This document shows positions 7,599 through 14,993 of a DNA stretch of 32,000 nucleotides, piece after piece (within the stretch, counting starts at the first letter, position 1; the number at the start of each line of letters is the position of its first letter). Origin of the DNA: Pseudodesulfovibrio piezophilus C1TLV30 (GTDB lineage: Bacteria > Desulfobacterota > Desulfovibrionia > Desulfovibrionales > Desulfovibrionaceae); contig NC_020409.1 in NCBI RefSeq assembly GCF_000341895.1, positions 2,280,001-2,312,000 on the forward strand, written 5' to 3'. The position numbers and the translations under genes were made by a program. The notes beneath the pieces are model-generated. The model made no database searches and was not told the origin of the DNA. It saw only the letters and a list, made by a program, of their open reading frames with translations.

Positions 7599-8660
7599 TC
7601 AGTGAATCAACGTGAAGACGTCAATGCCGTATTCATCGGGATTGATCACATCCGCCACCTGAAGCTTCTCGCTTCGGGAAAGCTCCACGGTCCTCATGGT
7701 GATGGCTCGCATACGGCTGTCAAATGCCACACGGACCGACGGATTCAGCGGATTGCCGGGACAATGGTCCAGCACCACTCCGTACTCTCCCGATGTCAGC
7801 CGGACAAAGCTGCCCACGGGATAAACACCCATGCTCTTGATGAACTGCTCAACAATATTGGGATGATAGTCTGTGACCCGCCACTGGTACATCATGCCAA
7901 GCACCTGCCCCGGCGGCAGGGGAGCCTTGTACACCCGTTTGCTGGTCAGGGCGTCGTAGACATCCACAACTGCCAGCAACCGTGCCGTATCGCTGATCTC
8001 ATCCCCTTCCAGTCCTCGAGGATACCCGCTGCCATCATGCTTTTCGTGGTGCTCCAGAGCACCACGCAAAACCGCTTCGGGAATCCCCTTCTGCTCCTTG
8101 AGAATCCGGTAGCCGTGCAGGGGATGGGTACGCATGATGTTCATCTCCTGTTCACTGAGCTTGCCCGGCTTGTTCAAAATGCATCCGGGAATGGCGGCCT
8201 TGCCCAGGTCGTGAAACATCCCGGCTATGCCCACCAACTCCAATTGGGAACGGGAATACCCAAGCTTCCTGCCCAGAATCACGGCCAGAATGGAAACGTT
8301 GATACAGTGGGTATATGTGTATTCGTCAAAAGACCTGAGCTTGCTGATGGCTGCGGCAGCCGAATCATTGCGAAAGACCGAATCAATGAATCCGTTGACC
8401 AGTGGAGCAGCATCATTGAAATCGAACGGTTTACCTTCCCTGACATCCTTCATGAACTCATGGGCGTAGTTGACGGCCTCACCATAGAGAGTAGCCGCTT
8501 CGCGAAGCTCTACCCGGATCGGAACCTGCTTAATGTCAGCCGGGAGTGGCAGCTCTACAGGCAACTCCACCGGTGTGGTTTCCCGAATAACTTCAGGATC
8601 CTTCACCATTGCCTGTCGCGCCTCTTCCGCAGTCATCGCCTTGCCGTACTCAGGGGTCAT
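7599..8660 (-). CDS. HD-GYP domain protein (putative c-di-GMP phosphodiesterase)
   Basis: Contains HCINV, FHDLGK and HHEKHDGSGYPRGL (HD...HHE..DGSGYP signature). The N-terminal region of about 110 aa is unassigned. GGAGGG Shine-Dalgarno upstream. Confidence 0.85.
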   Translation of the reverse strand: MTPEYGKAMTAEEARQAMVKDPEVIRETTPVELPVELPLPADIKQVPIRVELREAATLYGEAVNYAHEFMKDVREGKPFDFNDAAPLVNGFIDSVFRNDSAAAAISKLRSFDEYTYTHCINVSILAVILGRKLGYSRSQLELVGIAGMFHDLGKAAIPGCILNKPGKLSEQEMNIMRTHPLHGYRILKEQKGIPEAVLRGALEHHEKHDGSGYPRGLEGDEISDTARLLAVVDVYDALTSKRVYKAPLPPGQVLGMMYQWRVTDYHPNIVEQFIKSMGVYPVGSFVRLTSGEYGVVLDHCPGNPLNPSVRVAFDSRMRAITMRTVELSRSEKLQVADVINPDEYGIDVFTLIH

Positions 8661-8736
8661 GATTCTCCCTCCACGATCTAAACAGGAAATATTCTCAGTT
8701 AAAGGCTAGCTGTTCTCATTCCTTTCTGCAAGATAT

Positions 8737-9408
8737 TTAGAGGAATCCCTGCTGGTTGAGCTGCTCAATGAGGACACCGACATCATCGGCAATGAAGTTT
8801 GGTGAGAGCGGGGCAAAGACATCTGCCGCAACGGTGCCGCTTGTAACGGCCCCGGAGAGCGTGCCTGCATTGATGGCGGTCTGGATATCCATGGGATGAT
8901 CCCCCACCATCAATGTCCGAGCCGGATCGGCACCAAGACAGTCCAGGGCCTGAAAGAGGTGCACCGGATCAGGTTTGACGCGAACTGCGATTTCACGGGG
9001 AATAAAGGCTTGTGTGAGGCTTTCTATATCGGGAAAAACCTGCCGGACGGCAGCGGAAATATTCCGGGTAATGACTCCTGCCCCGATCCCCCGTTCCCGA
9101 AGCAGCGCCAGCGAAGGTCTGGTGAAATCAAAAAGAGCGCCCTGCCGGGCAGCGTCCAACTCCATGGCCGTGATGACCAGATGACCGCGAGTACGAAATT
9201 CCTTGCCCTCCGCTTCATCGCGAAGCATCACCGTCTGGACCAATTCTTCCAGCCACTCAAGGGCCGGGGTCGGGCCGGGAACAGGACGCTGGTCCATGAA
9301 CGCCTCACCAAGGGCTGCAATACGTGTCTTCATGGACTCCAGATCAAGAGGGACGTCGGCCAGCGTGCCGTCAAAGTCGAAAATGATAGCGTCAAGCCTT
9401 GTTGGCAT
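8737..9408 (-). CDS. HAD-superfamily hydrolase (phosphoglycolate-phosphatase-like)
   Basis: Motif I is IIFDFDGTLAD. It also has the later VITRN and KPDP motifs, and VGDHPMDI as motif IV. Confidence 0.75.
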   Translation of the reverse strand: MPTRLDAIIFDFDGTLADVPLDLESMKTRIAALGEAFMDQRPVPGPTPALEWLEELVQTVMLRDEAEGKEFRTRGHLVITAMELDAARQGALFDFTRPSLALLRERGIGAGVITRNISAAVRQVFPDIESLTQAFIPREIAVRVKPDPVHLFQALDCLGADPARTLMVGDHPMDIQTAINAGTLSGAVTSGTVAADVFAPLSPNFIADDVGVLIEQLNQQGFL

Positions 9409-9425
9409 GTCGTTCTTCTCCCGGA

Positions 9426-10277
9426 TCAGCCCTTGCCCGCCAGTTCTCGCAGGGTATTCAAATTACGCACGTCATCCTTGAGATCCTTTTCCTTGGGCGT
9501 CTCCAGGGTCTTGGGAATATCCGCAAAACGCTCGTCACGCATCAGATTTCGGAACCCGTCCAGCCCGATTTCGCCCTTTCCGATGTGTTCATGGCGATCC
9601 TTTCGGGAATCAAAGGCGTTCTTGGTGTCATTGACATGAAAGAAACGGAGACGGTCCAGGCCGATGATTCGATCAAAGGCCTCGAAAGTCGCGGCATAGG
9701 CTGCCGGGGTGCGAAGGTCGTACCCTGCGGCAAAGGTATGGCAGGTATCGTAACAGACTCCCAACCGATCAGCATGCGCAGAGGCTGCGATGATGGCGGC
9801 CAGCTCTTCGAAAGTGGAACCGAGGTTTGTTCCCTGTCCGGCCGTTGTCTCCAGCAGGACCAGGGCCTCATCTGTACCGGAATCCTCTATGGCACGATCC
9901 AGTGCGGCAGCATAGCGCTCGATACCCGCATAAACCCCCTCTCCCAGGTGCGAACCGGGATGGGTGACCAAAAAAGGGATTTTCAACGCTTCCACACGCT
10001 GTAATTCCTTGGCAAAACCGATACGGGACCGCTCTGCCTGCTCTTCCTTGGGAGAAGCGAGATTGATCAGATAGGAATCATGGGCTGCAAGTGGGTAGTC
10101 ACCCCACTGCTCTCGGGCCACGGCAAAAAGGTCAAGATCATACTTGGTGAGAGGCGGAATTTTCCACTGACGCTGGTTGCGTGTGAAAATCTGGAGAGCA
10201 GTGCCGTCAACGGCACGAATGTGCTCGAAGGCCATGTGCAGGCCTCCGGCAATGGACATGTGCGAACCGAGAAACAT
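9426..10277 (-). CDS. nfo: endonuclease IV (deoxyribonuclease IV)
   Basis: MFLGSHMSIAGGLHMAFEHIRAVDGTALQIFTRNQRQW aligns by eye with the E. coli Nfo N-terminus. It also has the VTHPGSH, CYDTCH and FHVND metal-ligand motifs. I chose the ATG at 10277 (GAGG Shine-Dalgarno) over the longer ORF start at 10346. Confidence 0.9.
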   Translation of the reverse strand: MFLGSHMSIAGGLHMAFEHIRAVDGTALQIFTRNQRQWKIPPLTKYDLDLFAVAREQWGDYPLAAHDSYLINLASPKEEQAERSRIGFAKELQRVEALKIPFLVTHPGSHLGEGVYAGIERYAAALDRAIEDSGTDEALVLLETTAGQGTNLGSTFEELAAIIAASAHADRLGVCYDTCHTFAAGYDLRTPAAYAATFEAFDRIIGLDRLRFFHVNDTKNAFDSRKDRHEHIGKGEIGLDGFRNLMRDERFADIPKTLETPKEKDLKDDVRNLNTLRELAGKG

Positions 10278-10418
10278 GAGTACCTCGTGAGTCTGTCGCG
10301 TGCCGATTTTCCTCGTGCCCAGAGCGACGAGGCTGCGGTGGGACAATCAATCCCGGACAATCGAATGAAGAACGCGCACGACATGATCCATGCGACGCGT
10401 TCCTTCCGACTTCGGCTG

Positions 10419-10700
10419 TTAGCCTATCCAGCCATGCAGCGCATCGACAATCTTCTGTGCCTGGGCCTGACTGGAGATATTGAACTTCGACTTGGGGCGA
10501 TATGTTCCGTCCACCTTCTGATAGCGGCGGATGGTGAACTTCTCCGGGCCGTATTCACCCTTGGCGCGGTTCAGTTCCTGGTAGCGAAAAATGATGGTGG
10601 TCCATGCGCCCTTGGACAGGATGACTTTGTCCAGCTCCTTGACAATGAGCTGGTTCTCTTCGGAATAGTTGATCGTGATCTCGTCAACATTGGTAGCCAT
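10419..10700 (-). CDS. hypothetical 93-aa basic protein, family not recognised
   Basis: ATG at 10700, preceded by a GGAG Shine-Dalgarno at 6-nt spacing. Translation is MATNVDEITINYSEENQLIVKELDKVILSKGAWTTIIFRYQELNRAKGEYGPEKFTIRRYQKVDGTYRPKSKFNISSQAQAQKIVDALHGWIG. No TM segment or signal peptide. Confidence 0.6.
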   Translation of the reverse strand: MATNVDEITINYSEENQLIVKELDKVILSKGAWTTIIFRYQELNRAKGEYGPEKFTIRRYQKVDGTYRPKSKFNISSQAQAQKIVDALHGWIG

Positions 10701-10754
10701 GTATTGCTCCTTGCATATATATTCTCCGCGAAAGCAGCGGTAAGGGCTTTCCAT

Positions 10755-10766
10755 TTACATATGTAA
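10755..10766. promoter_or_regulatory. perfect 12-bp palindrome TTACATATGTAA (candidate operator) upstream of the 93-aa gene
   Basis: TTACAT|ATGTAA at 10755-10766, flanked by CCA..TGG (10751-10769, with a one-base offset). It lies about 55-65 nt upstream of the ATG at 10700 and overlaps a weak TTGCCC-N16-TAAATG promoter-like pair on the minus strand. Confidence 0.35.
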
Positions 10767-10831
10767 TGGCAAAGGGCAAGCGTGACGTTCCCTGCAAGAC
10801 GGGGTTTTTCACCGTGCGAGCCATAAGATCA

Positions 10832-10860
10832 CGCCCCCGGCAGACATGCTGTCGGGGGCG
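10832..10860 (-). terminator. GC-rich hairpin downstream of the peroxiredoxin gene
   Basis: CGCCCCCGGCAG acatg CTGTCGGGGGCG, a 12-bp stem with one G-U pair. It lies about 40 nt after the prx stop. The U-tract is weak on the minus strand; TTT follows on the plus strand. Confidence 0.5.
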
Positions 10861-10900
10861 TTTACAAGCAACAGGAGCTACGAGAGTGTGACGTTCGTAA

Positions 10901-11536
10901 CTAGTCGTTGAGAGCTTCGTAGACCTTGCCGACCAGCTTTTCGCTCGGGGTCAGGGTCTTGCTTCCCGGAGTCCATTTGGCCGGGCAGGCTTCATCCGGG
11001 TGATCCTTGAGGTAGTTGTTCGCATCCATCTTGCGGAATAATTCATCGGCGTTACGTCCGACATTGTAGAAATTGACCTCCGAGGAAACCAGCAGTCCTT
11101 CCGGATTGATGACAAAGGTTCCGCGCAGAGCCTGTCCGGTGTCATAATCCCAGACATCAAAGAAGCGGGAGACTTCCCCAGTGGGATCGGCGGCCATTTT
11201 GAATGTGACGTCCGCAAGCAGACGTTCATCATTCTTCCATGCGAGATGGGTGAATTTGGTATCCGTTGAAACGGATATGACTTCTGCGCCAAGATCGGCG
11301 AGTTCTTTATGCTTGGTGGCGAGGTCTGCCAGTTCCGTGGGGCAGACAAAAGTAAAGTCCGCTGGATAGAAAAAGAGAATGGCCCATTTTCCTTCCTTTC
11401 TCAAAGCGCCCAGGTCCACCTCACAAAAGCCACCTTCGGTGGGATCAAAGGCCTCCAGCGTAAACTCGGGTACTTTCTGACCGACTTTGGCAAATTCGGG
11501 CAGCACTTCTTCGTGTTCATGTTCGCAGCAACTCAT
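10901..11536 (-). CDS. ahpC: typical 2-Cys peroxiredoxin (AhpC/Prx1 family)
   Basis: FFYPADFTFVCPTELADL holds the peroxidatic Cys and DEACPAKWTPG holds the resolving Cys. GGAG Shine-Dalgarno upstream. The N-terminus MSCCEHEHEE is unusual. Confidence 0.85.
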   Translation of the reverse strand: MSCCEHEHEEVLPEFAKVGQKVPEFTLEAFDPTEGGFCEVDLGALRKEGKWAILFFYPADFTFVCPTELADLATKHKELADLGAEVISVSTDTKFTHLAWKNDERLLADVTFKMAADPTGEVSRFFDVWDYDTGQALRGTFVINPEGLLVSSEVNFYNVGRNADELFRKMDANNYLKDHPDEACPAKWTPGSKTLTPSEKLVGKVYEALND

Positions 11537-11557
11537 GATGACTCCTTTATTGAAAAT

Positions 11558-11586
11558 AGAATGATTTTTAATCTAGGAATGATTCC
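11558..11586. promoter_or_regulatory. two Fur/PerR-family-like inverted repeats in the peroxiredoxin promoter
   Basis: On the minus strand, GGAATcATTCC (11576-11586) is a perfect 5-1-5 palindrome sitting in the spacer of a TTGAAA-N17-ATTAAA promoter-like pair. AAAATcATTCT (11558-11568) is a 4/5 repeat and matches the TTATAATnATTATAA PerR box at 10 of 14 positions. An outer ATTGAAAA / TTTTCAAT inverted repeat lies at 11549-11556 and 11589-11596. Confidence 0.35.
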
Positions 11587-11756
11587 CGTTTTCAATTGTT
11601 TTAATCTTGCGTTTCTTCATCGTCAAGGAGAAAATATATTTTACCCACCCTTTGAAGACACGGCCATGTCGTGTATACAATTGGACTTGCCCATGTCGCC
11701 ATCCGTCCTTATCTTTGACGGATGACCCGTACGCAAACCAACAAAGAGAGATATGC

Positions 11757-14666
11757 ATGAGCCACGGCTTTACCAAAATACAGGAAATGGAAATCACGGA
11801 GATGGGGTCTCTTGCCCATGTCTACCGTCACGACAAAACCGGCGCGCGCGTCCTGTCAGTCATCAATGATGATGAGAACAAGGTTTTCGGCATCTCATTT
11901 CGCACCCCACCGGAAGACTCCACAGGCGTGGCTCACATTCTGGAGCATTCAGTCCTCTGCGGATCCGACAAATACCCGATCAAGGAGCCGTTCGTGGAAC
12001 TGCTCAAAGGCTCGCTTCAGACGTTTCTCAACGCCCTGACTTTTCCTGACAAGACCTGCTACCCCGTCGCCAGTGCCAATGTGCAGGATTTCTACAATCT
12101 CATAGACGTCTACCTTGACGCGGTCTTCCATCCCCGCCTCACGCCCAATACGCTCAAGCAGGAGGGCTGGCACTATGAACTGGAAGGAACGGACAAGCCC
12201 ATAACGTACAAAGGTGTGGTCTATAATGAAATGAAGGGTGCCTACTCTTCTCCTGACTCCCTGCTTTATGAACATTCCCAGCAATCGCTTTTCCCGGACA
12301 CGACCTACGGCATCGACTCCGGCGGCGATCCCTTTGTCATCCCGGACCTGACCTTTGACCAGTTCATGGCCTTTCACCGTGACCACTACCATCCTTCCAA
12401 TGGCTACGCTTATTTCTATGGCAATGACGACCCGGAAAAACGACTGGAGATTCTCGATAAAGTCTTTTCACACTATGAGGCCATTGACGTCACCACCACA
12501 CAGGTACCTCTTCAGAAACGGTTTACCGAAGCCGTCCAGGTACGTAAGCCCTACCCGGCCTCCGAGCGGCTCGCCAAAGGCATGTTCACTGTCAACTGGC
12601 TGTTGGCAGAAACCGCTGACCCGAACTTGAATCTTGCCCTTCATGTGCTGGAACATATCCTTATTGGACTGCCGTCTTCACCCCTGAAAAAGGCACTCAT
12701 GGACTCGGGACTCGGTGATGATCTCGCCGGGGTCGGTCTGGAAGCGGACATGCGCCAGATGTTCTTCTCCATCGGTCTCAAAGGTATCCACCCGTCCAAT
12801 GCCATCAAGGCTGAATCCGTTATCTTCCATACCATTAAGGAACTGGTGGAAAGCGGCATCGATCAAGCCGATATTGAAGCAGCCGTCAACTCTGTTGAAT
12901 TCAGCCTGCGAGAGAACAACACAGGCTCTTACCCACGCGGCCTGTCACTCATGTTCCAGGCGCTCTCCACCTGGCTCTACGATGATGACGGCACAGAAGG
13001 CGACCCCCTCGCTCTCCTGCCCTTTGAAAAGCCCCTGGACCATATCAAGGGCTGGATCAACGGTGGCGACAAGATTTTCGAGGAACTGCTGGCTCGCTTG
13101 TTCCTCCACAATCCGCATCGCTCAACCGTGCTGCTGGAGCCGGATCACACCTTGTCTGCCACAATGGCAAAAAAAGAAGCAGGCCGTCTCAAAAAGGTCA
13201 AGGATTCGATGACTGAAGCACAGCTTGAAAAGGTCATGGCTGATGCTGAGGAACTCTCCCGGCTTCAGGCCGCTCCCGACTCACCGGAGGCACTGGCGAC
13301 CATCCCGCGTCTTTCCGTGAGCGACCTGCCTGATGAAAACAGGATCATCCCGACGGAAGTACGTGACGTGGCCGGAGCGTCGTTGCTCTACCATGATCTG
13401 CCTACCAACGGGATTGCCTACCTCGATTTCGGTTTCGATCTTTCAGTCCTGCCCGATACACTGCTCCCATACGCGGGCATTTTCGGACGCGCCCTGACCG
13501 AATCCGGCACTGACAAGCATACCTTTGTTGACCTTTCCCAGTGGATAGCCCGGACTTCCGGCGGCATCTGGGCCCACCCCTTTGCCTCTCCCATCCGGGA
13601 TTCCAGGGACGCTGCCGCCCAGCTTTTCCTGCGCGCCAAAGCCACGGGTGACAAGATAGCCGAAACAACAGAAATCATCCGTGAAATTCTGACCTCGGCC
13701 AAACTCGACAACAAGGAACGTCTTTCGCAGATTGTTTCCGAGGCACGCGCTCGGGCCGAACAACGTCTTGTCCCATCAGGACACCAGGTTGTCGCGACAC
13801 GACTGCGTGCGCGGACTCATGTGGGCCATGCCATGGAAGAAGCCATGTCCGGTCTCTCCAATCTCGATTTCCTGCGTCGTCTCGAAACCCGCATCGAACA
13901 GGACTTCCGAGGTGTTGCAAAAGATCTCGAAGCCATGCGCACCCTGCTGCTCTCGCGTAACGGTGTCATCTGCAACGTGACAGCGGACAACGACCTGCTG
14001 CCCATTGTCGAGCCGGAGATCATCGCCCTTGTCGAAGGATTGCCCAATGCGGAAGCAGCTCCGGTCACACGTGCCCTGCTTGATCTACCCAAGGCCGAAG
14101 GCCTCGCCATTCCGGCCCAGGTCAACTATGTGGGCAAGGGCGTCAGTCTCGCTGACCATGGATTCATCCCCAAAGGATCGGCACTGGTGGTCAACAAGAT
14201 CATCCGCACCGGCTACCTCTGGGAAAAAGTTCGCGTTCAGGGCGGAGCCTATGGCGCATTCTGCATCATTGACCGTCTCGCCGGAGCACTGGCCATGGTC
14301 TCCTACCGTGACCCGAATGTCGCCGCGACCATCAAGGCCTTTGACGCAGCAGCCGACTACCTCGACTCAGTGAGCATCACCACTGATGAACTGGAAAAAT
14401 CGATCATCGGGGCCATCGGAGAAATCGATTCCTACCAGTTGCCCGATGCCAAGGGATTCACAGCTCTGACCCGTCATCTGACCAACCTTGATGACGCCTA
14501 TCTGCAAACTGTCAGGGAACAAGCCCTTGCTACCACCGAAAAAGACTTCCGCGACTTTGCCGAAGCCATTCGCATTAATGCCGCGCACGGCGATATCTGC
14601 ATCCTCGGCGATCAGGTCGCCATGGAAAACTCCGGGCTGGAACTGGACATGCAGCAAGTCCTGTAA
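11757..14666 (+). CDS. M16C-family zinc metallopeptidase (presequence-protease / PreP-like insulinase)
   Basis: Inverted zinc motif HILEHSVLCGS (HxxEH). It has the four-domain length of about 970 aa typical of M16C. I chose the ATG at 11757, preceded by AAGAGAG, over the ORF start at 11607. Confidence 0.85.
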   Translation: MSHGFTKIQEMEITEMGSLAHVYRHDKTGARVLSVINDDENKVFGISFRTPPEDSTGVAHILEHSVLCGSDKYPIKEPFVELLKGSLQTFLNALTFPDKTCYPVASANVQDFYNLIDVYLDAVFHPRLTPNTLKQEGWHYELEGTDKPITYKGVVYNEMKGAYSSPDSLLYEHSQQSLFPDTTYGIDSGGDPFVIPDLTFDQFMAFHRDHYHPSNGYAYFYGNDDPEKRLEILDKVFSHYEAIDVTTTQVPLQKRFTEAVQVRKPYPASERLAKGMFTVNWLLAETADPNLNLALHVLEHILIGLPSSPLKKALMDSGLGDDLAGVGLEADMRQMFFSIGLKGIHPSNAIKAESVIFHTIKELVESGIDQADIEAAVNSVEFSLRENNTGSYPRGLSLMFQALSTWLYDDDGTEGDPLALLPFEKPLDHIKGWINGGDKIFEELLARLFLHNPHRSTVLLEPDHTLSATMAKKEAGRLKKVKDSMTEAQLEKVMADAEELSRLQAAPDSPEALATIPRLSVSDLPDENRIIPTEVRDVAGASLLYHDLPTNGIAYLDFGFDLSVLPDTLLPYAGIFGRALTESGTDKHTFVDLSQWIARTSGGIWAHPFASPIRDSRDAAAQLFLRAKATGDKIAETTEIIREILTSAKLDNKERLSQIVSEARARAEQRLVPSGHQVVATRLRARTHVGHAMEEAMSGLSNLDFLRRLETRIEQDFRGVAKDLEAMRTLLLSRNGVICNVTADNDLLPIVEPEIIALVEGLPNAEAAPVTRALLDLPKAEGLAIPAQVNYVGKGVSLADHGFIPKGSALVVNKIIRTGYLWEKVRVQGGAYGAFCIIDRLAGALAMVSYRDPNVAATIKAFDAAADYLDSVSITTDELEKSIIGAIGEIDSYQLPDAKGFTALTRHLTNLDDAYLQTVREQALATTEKDFRDFAEAIRINAAHGDICILGDQVAMENSGLELDMQQVL

Positions 14667-14850
14667 GAAGCCGCCCCTCATGAAGGGAGACTGCCCTCAC
14701 GGTATTCGATTCATTCCCGTTCCGAGCTTCCCGGTAAGCCGGTTCGCGGAGACCCCCGGCCAGGGCCGCCCGGCCCAGAAAAGGACAGCAATACCACAGG
14801 CCACTCTTGGAACTGTTGAGAAACAGTTCCTCATCGGACCTGAAAAGAAC

Positions 14851-14881
14851 AGCCCCTCACGTTCCCAAGACGTGAGGGGCT
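14851..14881 (-). terminator. GC-rich hairpin in the convergent intergenic region
   Basis: AGCCCCTCACG ttcccaaga CGTGAGGGGCT, an 11-bp stem. On the minus strand it is followed by GTTCTTTTC. Confidence 0.45.
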
Positions 14882-14916
14882 GACTATATGGCCCTTGAAG
14901 TGGGTGGATGAATTTC

Positions 14917-14957
14917 AAAAGGAGAAATAACCTGACGTTCAGATTATTTCTCCTTTT
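14917..14957. terminator. bidirectional A/T-flanked hairpin downstream of the amidase gene
   Basis: AAAAGGAGAAATAA (14917-14930) and TTATTTCTCCTTTT (14944-14957) are perfect 14-nt complements with a 13-nt loop. It lies 37 nt after the amidase stop. Confidence 0.6.
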
Positions 14958-14993
14958 GGAAAGTATCAAGAAGATCGTTGGCGGAAAACGGGT

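Noticed and set aside
7557-8681. 374-aa ORF on the + strand covering the whole HD-GYP gene. Similar long antisense ORFs lie at 25073-25969 (-), 8896-9639 (+) and 15990-16784 (+).
   Set aside because: The two I checked (7557-8681 and 25073-25969) lie in exact codon register opposite a well-supported gene with clear family motifs. In that register an antisense stop requires the sense codons TTA, CTA or TCA, which are rare here, so long shadow ORFs are expected. All four translations are low-complexity and motif-free.
11607-11756. 50-residue N-terminal extension of the M16C peptidase ORF.
   Set aside because: The extension overlaps the AT-rich divergent promoter region and is Cys/Arg-rich nonsense. 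The ATG at 11757 has a purine-rich Shine-Dalgarno and gives a family-typical N-terminus.
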